The notes under the pieces are model-generated. The model ran no database searches. It was not told the DNA's origin and saw only the letters and a list, made by a program, of their open reading frames with translations. A DNA stretch of 64,000 nt from Styela clava. Its lineage: Eukaryota. Below are positions 1-17,700 of this stretch, in pieces. The stretch lies in assembly GCF_964204865.1 (NCBI RefSeq), contig NC_135260.1:7378001-7442000 (forward strand). The letters run 5' to 3'. The position numbers and the translations under genes are program-made. Positions within the stretch are counted from its first letter, which is position 1, and each line of letters begins with the position of its first letter.

Positions 1-23
1 ATATATGTAATAAATTATAATTA

Positions 24-5073
<5,050 letters not shown>

Positions 5074-5763
5074 ACTGTATACTAAGTCTAACAATCTGTA
5101 ACAAAATATACATGTATATATTTATAAATACAAACATCTACAACTTTTGTCCCTGAAAATATATGACTCCTGTTGTTTTGTGTATAAGCAGTAAACTATA
5201 TGCTATTAGGTCGGAGTGCGCCGTTCTTTTCCTGTGATTTAATTCTACTCAATAGCACAGTGATTTCATTGTGCCGGAAATAAAAGCACTGCAGTGCAGA
5301 GGTATCCGGCTGGTCATATACCAGGAATGATATGTATACTGTGTAATCAAAGGTCGAAGAAAGAACAAGAAATAATTATTACAACATCGTCTTTTACATG
5401 TAAATTTTATCAGACATATTTACCATCAATGCCAAATACTAATAGGACAATGACAGAAATTGACATACATGACGGTGTTTCCTGAGGGAGAAAATGTCAA
5501 TAAAAGAGCGCAACTCATAATAGATTTAATGTAGGATCTATCTTTTTTCTATTTTGAAGCCTTTGGATTTGTTTCGTTATCGCTACAGGCCCGTACATTT
5601 TTACCCCTACACTGCACTCGTGGATATCTGCAAAAAGGTTGATTTTGAGTATATATAAAATGATGAGCTACAAATGATATATATAACGTATATATAATAT
5701 ATATATTTTTTTCAAAACTCAAAAATGTCAAAATAGAATTCGATTGCAACACCATTTCATTAC

Positions 5764-8315
5764 TTATCGATCTGAACCGGCTTTCATAAGTTCATTGAAT
5801 TGGGAAAATTCAATTGTTTCTTTCAGATCAAAGATTATTGGAAAATACGATTTGCAATTTTTGTATAATTTCCCTGCATATTTGGGGCAAATTCCAGGAT
5901 ATTTAATAGTTTTTGTTTCGTCAAAGTTGTATTCTGTTGAGTACATGTGCCCCGACCAGGCTGAACATTGCTGCAAAAATATTAGTAAGCTCCAATTAAT
6001 ATAACAGTCAAATAGCACAAGGACTATCGATAGTAATCAAACGAATAAGTTAATCACAGCTTTCAAAATCAAGTTTAGGACACTTGGAATTTTGTTCCCT
6101 GTTTCGTGAGCTGTATTGGAGTAAGAATTATTATTATTATTTAAGGTCACGTTTTCAAAATTTGAGAATACATTGATCGAATTATATTTTGTGTGAATTT
6201 TTCCCAACGGAATAGTAAAGGCTGCTTGACGACATCTTAATCCAAAAAAGATTAAAAATTTAGTCACTATAACTATAAGTGAATTAAAATTCAAGCTATC
6301 TTCGAAACAATGCTTTTCTACCTGGCATAGCATTTCTTCCAATAGATTTCTACAAGTTTCAGACATGTTTTTGTCTCTTGCAATTATTTCGTCAAGTTTA
6401 TCTTGAATTTTCTCAACTTTTTGTGCATTGCAGCAACCGAACCATTCGAACTGTGCACACAATTTGAATTTTCTACTCGCATCTCTTGAAATAAAATCTT
6501 CGTATAAGATTGATTAGACGACAAAGAGAATCCGTGTGGCAACGTAAGAAGTAATTGTACATTCAGTGTAAATATTTTATCCTGGTGGAAAGTATTCTCG
6601 TCGGTTGGCGCAACGTTCTATGCGTTAGGACACGCTTGCCATCGCATTTCAGTGGGCGCTCCAGAAGCATGTGTACCAATATGGAGGTAACTAATTTTGT
6701 TCGCTTATTTTACATCATATTGCGTAAAGGAACTGAAACCTATGGAAGCGGGTATATTCACTTGGCTAACACAGACAATCCCCGCACTCGGAATAGAACT
6801 ATAACTCGGCCTAACCTTAACCTGGTACACATACTGCAGGAGTATCATTCAGTGTACCCCGCGGAGGTTCGAATTCCGAGGGATAATTATATGCGAGAGG
6901 ATATTCGATCTTCTCGCCGTCTCAGGAGGGTTCACGTTATCACTGGTGTGTGATACGGCTTCCACCATCATAAAATCCATGCATTCGAAACAGATAACTA
7001 ATCCCATACAGGAGATTGACTGGCAACCCGATGAGAGAGCGTGGTTTGTCATTCGAGTAAGCTATCTTATCGGCTTTCCTCTCCCCAGAAATCAATATAA
7101 TAATAAAAAAAATCTTATCTTAATTTCAATAAACATGTTTTAGTGTTCAGTTTTAGTGAATTTCAAGATTACTATAATTCGAATATGCCCAGCATTGTGA
7201 AGTAAAGCAAATTTCAGTCTCGTCCTTTTTCGAAGATGGGAGATATAATTTGGAAATTACAAATGATCGAAATTGTTGCCGCCCGCTAATTAACCTGATT
7301 AACTCTAAACCTCAATATAAATAAATACGTTAATTATAGAAGTTTAGCATGTTCGACTGGAATTGCCTCCAAGACTATTCAAACATCTCTTTAATATTCT
7401 ATTTGCTCATATAGTGAAAGTCACGTTAAAATATAACTGTCAAAGATATAAACACAAAGCACAATTATATAAATTACTTAGAATAAAATTTCCAGATGAT
7501 AGCTAGATTATTGATAATTTCCAATTGAACCTCACATACTAAATTTTTGCTGACGCCCCATTTTAAAGGCCCCTCGCATCGGTCATCCAGGTGAAGTGTT
7601 GATATTTTCCAATAAAGCCTTACTGAAAAAGCCCTCACGTTTTTACCCGGGCCAAATTTAAATCAATTCTTCCATTTCCTACTTTTCCTAAAATGAACCC
7701 ATTCTTGAACAAACATTTTTTTTTCGTTTCTGAGAAAAGCGTTTAAGAGCTGAGCATGTTTGTAGTTCGGGTCAGAATTGACCTAAAAAAACTTGTAAAC
7801 ATTGTAGGCTACGCACACACTAGGTGATGAAATCATTGTTGCAATGGCAAAATCTGATGCGTATTGAAGTTCATATTACAATATTCGATTTTAGGTATAA
7901 TTTATATTTTCAATGTAAAATGAGCGATAACTTTGTTACAATAGATAGTCATGCGAAAATTTAATTTCTATCTAAATTTTAAAAAAAATTCGAAAAAGAA
8001 ACTTTTAATTAAAATAGAAAAAGTGGTTAATATTGCATTTCGTATCTTGTTTATAAATGTATCCTGTCATTCAAATTCACAAGAAAATGCATCATTATGT
8101 AGCCTAATACTGTGTTAAAAAAAGAATACGTTGTTATATATATATATGTATGTATGTACAGGCTTATATTTATATACCTTTAATAGAAAATACCAGATGT
8201 GTACTAACCTGATTGTAGGTGCACTATCGTCCATACATATAGGGTGTGCGTCTGACATCATTTTAAAAAATATAACAAAACAATAGCAAATCGGTGTTAT
8301 TGCAATTTTATACAT
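5764..8315 (-). pseudogene. Truncated duplicate of the HHIP-like 5' end (exons 1, 2 and partial 3); intact 158-aa frame ending in a junction-derived stop
   Basis: Exons 8209-8315, 6322-6484 and 5764-5970 are near-identical to the downstream copy with intact splice sites. The frame ends AGSDR-TAA at the duplication junction. Confidence 0.8.
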
Positions 8316-10348
8316 ACTGTATACTAAGTCTAACAATCTGTAACAAAATATACATGTATATATTTATAAATACAAACATCTACAACTTTTGTCCCTGAAA
8401 ATATATGACTCCTGTTGTTTTGTGTATAAGCAGTAAACTATATGCTATTAGGTCGGGGTGCGCCGTTCTTTTCCTGTGATTTAATTCTACTCAATAGCAC
8501 AGTGATTTCATTGTGCCGGAAATAAAAGCACTGCAGTGCAGAGGTATCCGGCTGGTCATATACCAGGAATGATATGTATACTGTGTAATCAAAGGTCGAA
8601 GAAAGAACAAGAAATAATTATTACAACATCGTCTTTTACATGTAAATTTTATCAGACATATTTACCATCAATGCCAAATACTAATAGGACAATGACAGAA
8701 ATTGACATACATGACGGTGTTTCCTGAGGGAGGAAATGTCAATAAAAGAGCGCAACTCATAATAGATTTAATGTAGGATCTATCTTTTTTCTATTTTAAA
8801 GCCTTTGGATTTGTTTCGTTATCGCTACAGACACGTACATTTTTACCCCTACACTGCACTCGTGGATATCTGCAAAAAGGTTGATTTTGAGTATATATAA
8901 AATGATGAGCTACAAATGATATATATAACGTATATATAATATATATATTTTTTTCAAAACTCAAAAATGTCAAAATAGAATTCGATTGCAACACCATTTC
9001 ATTACTTATCGATCTTGATCGATATATATATATGTTGAGCCTGGGTGGTACTGATTTTTAACGATTTGTCCCGCCAGGTAGACCTAAATTTCCCGGTTAT
9101 GCAGTATGTATGACAGTCATAAATATTATTTTTATTTGATATTAATACAATTTTACTTTTTAACAGAGGCAGCCGATTTACACACAAATTTGCAACTCAC
9201 TTCTCTAGTCTAGATAGAGAGATAAATTGTATATTGCATGCTTGTCTAACACGCACTGTCCCGTTTATTTTTTGCTCCAGATGGTAAGATTATATATGCG
9301 GCCTTATGATTCTGCTGAAATCATGTATATCCCATCCAAACGAAACAGTTAAGTGAGTAAAAAGTCTAATAATGCATCGCGTGTGTTGAAATCATTGTAA
9401 ATATGGATTTGAGAATATGATATTTTTCAATCAAATCATTGGCAGCCTATAATTATCAGTTTGATATCAACATTTGGAAAAGTTGAAATTGGAAAGATTG
9501 GTAATGAAAATAGCACTGAATGTTTGCAGACCAATAAATGATTTCGAAGTGTTGTTTTGAAATCTGTGTTAAATATATTTGTAACCACACGGTTAGCCCC
9601 AACTCCATTATATTACCCACGACCACGAACTTTGCAAAATCTCATTAAAATGACAACTATATTTTCAGGAAGGCAAAAAATGCACAGTTTCTTTGTCAGG
9701 AATGATATATTTCAGAAACACAAAATAAAAAATTCAAATATCAAGTACCTAATTAATGACTTGTAAAAATTCTGATAACAACAGGCAATGAAACTGCCTC
9801 TTTCGCTTCATTATATTTTTTGTTGTTTACCACTGGAGGCGCTGGTGGTACATACGTTCACAGATTTTAGTGATTGTGACATCATAATACCCCATGCGCG
9901 TTTGCTGCGCGCGCTGCTTCAGGACCTTGATTCGACCTTCTCAGGACTGTGGGATTTGTGGTGCAAGGTTTTCGTTGTCTGGTTGCAGATTTGTAGTTCC
10001 AAGATTTTAATTGTATTTTCATATATTTAGATTTAATAACATTAACTTAATTTCAATAACTGTCCCAATCAACTGTCGATTGTTTTGTAAGCTGAAAGCT
10101 ACACTGTCAAGTACGTATTTCAGTTTATTGTTTTTATATTTAGAGAATATTTCGGTTGTACCGTGTTCTATAATGACCACTTTTGTAATCAGCCGCAACT
10201 GTTATTTTACTGGCGTAAACCTAAACCTGCGTATGTTAAGTTCAGTTCTAATGTGTACAATTTTGTTTAGTTAATGATTTCAATTGTCGAGTTATATCTT
10301 GCCGGCACATTTTTTGTTGTAATTATTGTTTGTTTTATTTAGAAAACC

Positions 10349-10505
10349 GTACTGCCGTACTTCCCGTACACGTATTGATGTACTCTCGTACTGACGTACT
10401 CTCGTGTCCACGTATTGACGTAATCACGTACTGTCGTATTCTCTACTTTTAACATCGTACCGACGTATCTTCGTACACCTGTACTTTCCTGACAATAAAC
10501 GACAT
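10349..10505. repeat. Degenerate ~8-bp minisatellite (CGTAC/TGACGTAC-like)
   Basis: Recurrent gtac/acgt units visible directly. Confidence 0.7.
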
Positions 10506-10606
10506 CAACTTGTACTGTTATACGCGTCTTTTGCATTGGAGTGACAAAATCAGTTTACTAAAACAGATCGACCATCTAAGAATTACACCTGGTGTGGGCG
10601 CTAAAG

Positions 10607-12266
10607 TAGGGTTGCCATACCGTCCGGAAAATTCCGGACATGTCCGGAATTTAGGGTTAAATTTTGCGTCCGGGAGGAATTTTGAAAAATGCTCAAATGT
10701 CCGGAATTTTACTGCATCTGCAATTGTAATGTGAACACTGCTAATACAGAACATTGTTATTTCGTACCGTGCGCATATTTTTACTACGAGGTTGTATGGA
10801 ATTTTAATATAACAGAGCGTTTTCCTTATCAATGGTGTTAGAGTTGCAAACGTCAATGAGAGATGCTTGGAATACCTGTGCAAATGGATGAAACCAATGG
10901 AAGAGTTTACTTGTTTCAAATGGATAACCTTGAACGAGATACCAAGTTGGAAGGATGTAAAGCAGGGGTTGGCATCCTACGGCCCGCGGGCCAGATCCGG
11001 TCCGCGGAGCAATATAATCCGGCCCGCGACGCTTCACTGGATTATAGTAACAAAACAGCTGTTTTAAAGATTATATTCTTTACGTAACAGAATTAATTTT
11101 GCGACACGCGTACGCTAAATTATGTTATAACTCACAATTGCGCGTTTAATGACCCTATAATTTAATTATAATTACACAAATGGCAACAAAACGCAGAAAA
11201 GTTGATGCTTAGCGCAAATGGTTTAATGGTGCAGAAAATATTCAAATGGTCAGTCTTCGTGCGCTGCTCTAAATTTAACTTCTGATCTGTGTGAAAAAGT
11301 GTGATTCATCGGCTATCCGTTCGGTTTTCAACATTCTAAAAATATGAGGCCCGCCAATGACTTGCAACCTTTGGTTTTGGCCCGCGAGCGACAAAAAGTT
11401 GCCGACCCCTGATGTGAAGCCTTGCCTGGAACATCTGATTAGTAAACGGGTTGATGTGGACGATGATAAATGCTTTGACCGATTCTGTAACTTGAAGGAA
11501 GCAGTTTGTGGAAAGTTACCTACAAGACGAAGAATTTATTAAACTGCCAACGCATAAGAAATGGTGCAAATATTTCGATCAGTCTACGAACATCACATGC
11601 CACTCCAAAATTTTGAGGATTGAACTGTTTTTCTTTGCTGTTACATCCCGCAATGCCAATGTAGAGAGAGTCTTTTCACTGATGCAAAGTCAGTGGACTA
11701 AAGAGAGAAACAAGTTGCGACTATAAAAGGCATGTTGACTCTCCAATATAATTTCAATAATATGCACTGTAGTGAATTGTTTTCATTTTTGAAATCAGAC
11801 AAGAAGAGAATTAGATCTTCAGAAAAATATGCATGGTCAGAAGAGTAAATTTGTAGTGATTGTCTTTAATTTGTTTTAAGCATGTAATTGCTGTTTTTCC
11901 GTTTCGGCACAATCTAATTCTCATTCTTATTTTTCACTCTGAAGTTGAGATTTTTTCAGTCGACGGCCCGTAGCTATATTTAGAGTGTGCTTACCTGCCT
12001 GGTGTGAGATTCTGCTTGTGACTGAAGACATTACTTTTCATTTCGGTAGCTGGCGCTTTAGAATGAGTATCGTATAGCGTTTGCAGGCTTAGCATTTCGG
12101 TAGCGCATATATATGGTCTCATGAAAATAGGGACCTCCAGAAAGAAGTATGCGCACCAAGATGGCGCACAACCTGAACATAGTTTTTGTGTACCGGTTAG
12201 GACTAAGGTTGTGCGACATAGTCATGCACTGTCCGGAATTTTGCTTTTTCAAATATGGTAACCCTA
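10607..12266 (+). mobile_element. Defective hAT transposon (TAGGG termini, Blackjack-like) with transposase remnant
   Basis: TIR TAGGGTTGCCATA / TATGGTAACCCTA with perfect 8-bp TSD CGCTAAAG (10599-10606, 12267-12274). Frameshifted hATC remnant NANVERVFSLMQSQWTKERNKL at ~11420-11830. Confidence 0.9.
10963..11411 (+). mobile_element. hAT (Charlie-like) MITE nested in the Blackjack-like element
   Basis: TIR CAGGGGTTGGCA / TGCCGACCCCTG with TSD ATGTAAAG/ATGTGAAG. Confidence 0.85.
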
Positions 12267-12325
12267 CGCTAAAGGCACTCCAAATTTGGCGTCTACAGGC
12301 ATGCATCAATAGTGTTGCAATAGAA

Positions 12326-12770
12326 CAGCGATCGGCTCCGGAACCGCATGCGGCTCTTCGTTCTCGGAGCACTGGTTCAAAGTGTCTACAGCAGTTTGTC
12401 GTTTGAAGCAATGGAAATTCAATAAAAGTCGGGGGCTTAAAATCGATTACTACTCACTAATTACACGTCACAGCGGGTATAAGTCGAAAGCGGTAAAAAT
12501 AGGTCGCATTAAGTTGATTCAAATCTGTCAAAACAATCTTTTTCATTTCATTTTTCAAGTTCTTTTCATTTCATCGTAAACTGATTTAATGCATCATTCG
12601 GAATTCATTCGGTTTCTTCTAAGTAATAATTAGGATATTGCATCATGAGTGGTTTTTAGAGAGTTTTGATAACCACTGACATTAGAGTAGATATTGCGGC
12701 TCCGAGTGGGTTTGAGTTTGACGGAAAGGATGCCATTGGATCTTTCAATTCTAAAGGTTGCCGACCCTTG
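12326..12770 (+). mobile_element. hAT (Charlie-like) MITE
   Basis: Degenerate TIR CAGCGATCGGC / GCCGACCCTTG with TSD CAATAGAA/CAATTGAA. Confidence 0.7.
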
Positions 12771-13206
12771 CAATTGAATAGACTACAGAGAATGGATATC
12801 TCCTAAAATTGCCAATCATATTTTTTCGATAAACCAAAGATTTTACATAAGAAGTTACAATACCATGTACCTGAGAATGCCAAGTTACCTGTTTAGGGTA
12901 GTTACCTCCAATTAAGGTAAGACTACAAGTGTTGTCTGATCCCTGATGTCATCACTACTGTTCCTGCCAAACGAACGATCATTCGAAATGGAAGAAAAGA
13001 GCTGTGTTTAATTCTGCCCATGGTTTACTCAAATGAAAACGAACAACAACAACAAATGTTTTCACCTTTTAAAGCAATTAAAGCTGGCACCAAAACCTTA
13101 CCAAGATCAGTCTTTAACAACATCTCTTTGATCCTCGAAGTGACTATAATTCAGTTGCCAACGCTGTGTGAATACTAATAGATCGACCGAGATCGATAAG
13201 TAATAA

Positions 13207-13291
13207 GACATCCCCCGAAAATAAGCTCTGGTATTATTTTTCGGAAGAAAATTGGAATACGACCCGGTCTTATTTTCGGGAAAGCACGGTA
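13207..13291. mobile_element. Tc1/mariner (Tc2/pogo-like) MITE fragment
   Basis: Inverted CCCCGAAAATAAG / CTTATTTTCGGG, ending ..CACGG-TA. Confidence 0.5.
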
Positions 13292-14755
13292 TTTACCATT
13301 CTTTTTCGTTGGCTATTAGAACCAAGTAGCTTTATTTATTTTAAACCTTTGCTATGGAAAACCAGTCCTGTTAACTTGTTGCTGTCAATCAGAAAGTTTT
13401 CTCTGTGATCAATTCCTCTTTCTACTATGCCCGAGAATGCAGAAGCTTTATCTAATCTTCACGGATGTAATGGATCAGGCAATTAAATATTTATCAATAC
13501 TGTGTTAGATACAAAGGAAAGTTGTTAATCGTTGAAGCCCATGCATATATATATTGTTAAAATATATATAATTCAAAAATAAAAAACAACTATTTCATTA
13601 GGTTTGAAATTTTTATCGAAATCATCGGATGGAGTTAAAAAGAGACACGCCCAAATCCTATAACCAAGTCTTAATTTAGAAATTTTTCAAAATAATATTA
13701 AACTATTTTTTTCCAGGTTCATCATAAAGTGTTACGGAATTTCTCTTCTGCATCGTATAATTCTGTATATAGATATAAAGTACTGTATATATTTTTGCTC
13801 TCCGCCTATCGATCTAAAAAAAAGGAAGCAATGTTATTCGTTGAATTCACACTGAAGACATATATATATTGTAGCTATCAGTTTGGGTTACACGAAACTA
13901 ACTCCATACCCTTTCGTTATGCATTTTCGTCAGTGGATCCGTATAATGCAAAGATGCTGTCGTGGGAATAAGGTTCAATAATCCATGAGATTTTGAGGTG
14001 TTAATGTGCGGCAAGACCTAAATGTATATTGTATACAAGAGCTCAGCGCAAAAGGGCAAGTAACATAAGGTAATTAGGTAACACTCGATCGGTGTAGTCC
14101 CAGCTAAAGTGGGGTGTTTCATGTAACCCAGGGTTTGTTACTGCGTGATTCACCATAAACGTTCACGCGTATTGAATGATTAGCATCGTAACTAAATCCA
14201 TATTCCACTTGAAATGGTTGGCCGAGGTTTGTCATCATTGCTCTCCCAAAAAATAAATATGTAAACGTTATGCTTTCGAATATTTAAGATCTATTTATCA
14301 CTTTACTAATTTTTGACAAAAGAATCGCGTAGGTAGGAGTGAGTCGGACGCAAAGTTTGTATCGGAAAGTAGATTACAAATACTAAATTATGCTTGCACA
14401 TTTGTGTACAAGTATTCGTCTTCTTCTTTTAATTTACTTTATTGTACCCTCTCAACACCAACACTACCGATGCTACTGCAGATTGCGCGTTAATTGCTGT
14501 GCGGAAACTATGGATGGAGTTAAGTCTGCTACGGCTTTGATATTACGTCATAATTATGACTAACCAACCGTAACAATCCAATATTCTGGTTCGTGTTAGC
14601 TGCAGTTTTATTTTATTGCTTGTCAATATAGCACGAAGGATATCATTTTTGATCGACTGTTATAGTGCTTGTAGTTGAGTTAGAGACAGCGATATCATTT
14701 GCTGGGCAGCAAACATTATAATCTTTGTTTTTCGAAAAATAGCACACACCTTTGT

Positions 14756-17700
14756 TTAACAAGGTATTTCACAAGTTGGTCCTTTGAACGAAGAAGTACA
14801 GGTACATTCGTATTCTTCTTTATTGAGATTTCTACACTTCGCTTTATTTTTGCATGGTCCAGAATCACACGGCACTGAACAATAAATATCAATTAAAAAT
14901 ATATTTGTAAAATTTATATTTTTGTATTTATAAAAGTATACAGTATTGGAAAGACAGATGCCAAATTTTAGAAGATTCATAATTTGGTAATACGATTTTT
15001 CACGTCATACCTCGTAACAAGTAGGTATGTTGTATGTACAATCGCTCATGTAAGCTCTGAAAGACTGAGAATATCGTTAGAATAGTCGTAAGTTGTGGCT
15101 GTACCCAAATCACCATTCCCACGGCAAACTGATATTTAGGAATTTTCCACAGCATTTTAACAAAGATGATCTTAAGCAGATCTTAGTCTTGTTAGACTGA
15201 TCTTGGTCTTGAGAGATGGTATTAAAAGCAATAAACAAAAACGCCAACCTCATTAATTCAGTAAATCTTACTTTCACAAATGACTGACGCCGCCTCTGAT
15301 GAGCCACAATTGTGATTGCCCCATGGTCGATGCACGCAATCAGATATATGAGCCTCGTGTCCATTGCACCGAACATCGTCCAACCAGTATCCGCAATTAC
15401 ACTTTCCGAAGTGAGCATCGTGCACAGCTGCGATGGCGCCCGAATAATCGAGCATGCGACAAATCACATGAGCATCTTCTAGGTCCCATAAATCGTCACA
15501 AATTGCACGCCACTCATCATCATGGTAAATTTCAACTCGGCCTTGGTGATCGGCAACTCCATCGACGATTCTTACTATGTCATCTGATTCTAAAATTAGA
15601 CATTAAAAATAAATAAATTCGAAACAAAGTTGACTGTTGATATGATATCTCCGTTCAATCGTGTCTAATTTCAGAGGGAAAGAATTTGTACCGGTGGGGC
15701 GAAACGAACTATTTGTCAAACCATAAATATATACTACTAATACAAACTACTACTTAGATTAAATCATTTAGATAATATTAGATATTAATCCTTTACTGTT
15801 CATTACCAGGTCGCCTTGGCGTACCTATTGCTTTTTTTAGTTTTATTAAATAAAAAATTTATATAGTTCTACTTTATTCTATTTATCACGTTTTGTTAGT
15901 GTCTACCAACGGTGCCGCTCGTTCTCCAGATTTGGTATTTTCAGCATGGTGAAAAAAAAATTTCACTGATGACTGGATTTGACGAAATGTTAGGATCACG
16001 CCTATAGTATCCCCGTGTACTGTTGAGACTTACCCAGTCTTGAAGACTACCTACCTTCTGTACAATCGTCCACTCCTTCTATGCAATCACATGAATAAAC
16101 CGAATCGGTATGCTCTTGGAGCAAGCAATATCCGAGCCCTTCAGTACAAGGTGGATCGCATTTAGATTCGCCTGAATAATTTAAATAAAATAAGTACTAG
16201 TAAGTTTTCTTCTTTTATTTAATTAAATATTTCAAAATTTAATTCTAAATGAATTTAATATCTGGAAAATGCGAAAAAAAGAAAAATGAGCTACTTTGGT
16301 ATGCGATTGAGATCGCGTTTTGAGCAAGTGAAATCACATATCAAAGTGGCACAAAAAAATTATTCTAGTCATGAAATAATACCCTCAACTGTGCATAATC
16401 CGTCTCCGTCCAAACCAAAATTGCCTGTACATCTACATTCAGCCGATGAAAATCCATCAAACAATTTTCCGTTCACACAATCAATTGTTGCACAATCTAC
16501 CAGTTAATATAGAATCATAAAGAGATTTAACAGATTTTTTCCTCGTTAAATTAACTTTAATTTGTTTTTATTCCCTCATTTTAAAAGTATTATATATAAC
16601 AAATCAACTGCATAATCATTATACAGAATATGTAATTTTGGCTTATATTTTATAACGAATTTATCAACATGCTTGAAATATTTCCATTTTTGTTTCTCAA
16701 CAGTTAAAATAGTAATATTAGATCAGGAAATAAGCCTAGCGCGAGCAGTCTCCAATAATATAAACATTATGATACAATATAATAACATAAATCGGACAAA
16801 TGTAATAAGTGTTTTTAATGAATCATATACATTGATGAAATCAATAATTCAATTGACGGAAATGTTTCGTAAGCTTATGTAATAGCTATACAGTCGTGGA
16901 ATCAATTTACTTTTTTCAAGTGAAGCCTATCTTCTATAATTTATAATTTGTAAAAACAAAAGGTTTATAAACATAACTATACATAAAATAAAGGGTATAC
17001 TCCCGGAGTATGTGAACCAAGATGACGGACACCGGAACGTAGTATGTGTACCAGGTTAGGGTTAGGCCACAATTCAGGTACAAATACTATGGAAGTCACT
17101 TGGCTAGTCTCCGAATTTGTAATAGAACTAAAATAAGGAAAATTGGAATAAAACTATGGCCCAACCCTCCGGTGTCCGCCATCTTGGTTCACATACTACC
17201 AAATATATGGTACTCCCGTAGTATATGTACCAATTTGAGGTTGGGCCATAATTCATTCCAATTTCAGTTCTATTACGAGGTCGGGGACTGTCTGTGTTAG
17301 CCAAGTGAATATACCCTAGCCCATAGGTACATTTATACAACTTGATGTAAAGTAGGCGAACAAAATTAGTTACCTCGTATTGGTACACACACTTCTGGAG
17401 CTCTATTTATTTCAATACATGCAAACAAAAGATTTTGCAACGCTCGAACATAAATAGAAAATGTTCGCAGATTGAATGTACAAATACAAAAATTTAAATA
17501 TTATATAATAAAATCATTCATATATAAGATCTTGCCTATTTCATTGCACGATTTCCCACAAAAGCCTGCAGCACAACCACATTCTCCTGAAGTTATTCCA
17601 CATGTCCCATCGTTGCCGCAGTCATCATTCGAAACGCATGCTTCACCTGCTCATAAAATACTCTAATTAAAATAATCATAATATTTTAAATAATGTCAAA

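Larger units (their letters stand above)
9001..13204 (-). mobile_element. Putative Helentron/DINE-1-like non-autonomous element enlarged by nested insertions
   Basis: Ends are 26-bp inverted repeats (23/26 match), each self-palindromic. The 9001 end matches the hairpin end of the compact element at 53581-53864. Confidence 0.5.

Noticed and set aside
14756-15589. SRCR exons as the C-terminal SRCR domain of an HHIPL1-type protein
   Set aside because: They lie upstream of the HHIP-like gene and belong to a gene with its own signal peptide and stop codon.
17055-17068. TTAGGG as an interstitial telomere
   Set aside because: Fewer than three units, always embedded in the MITE.
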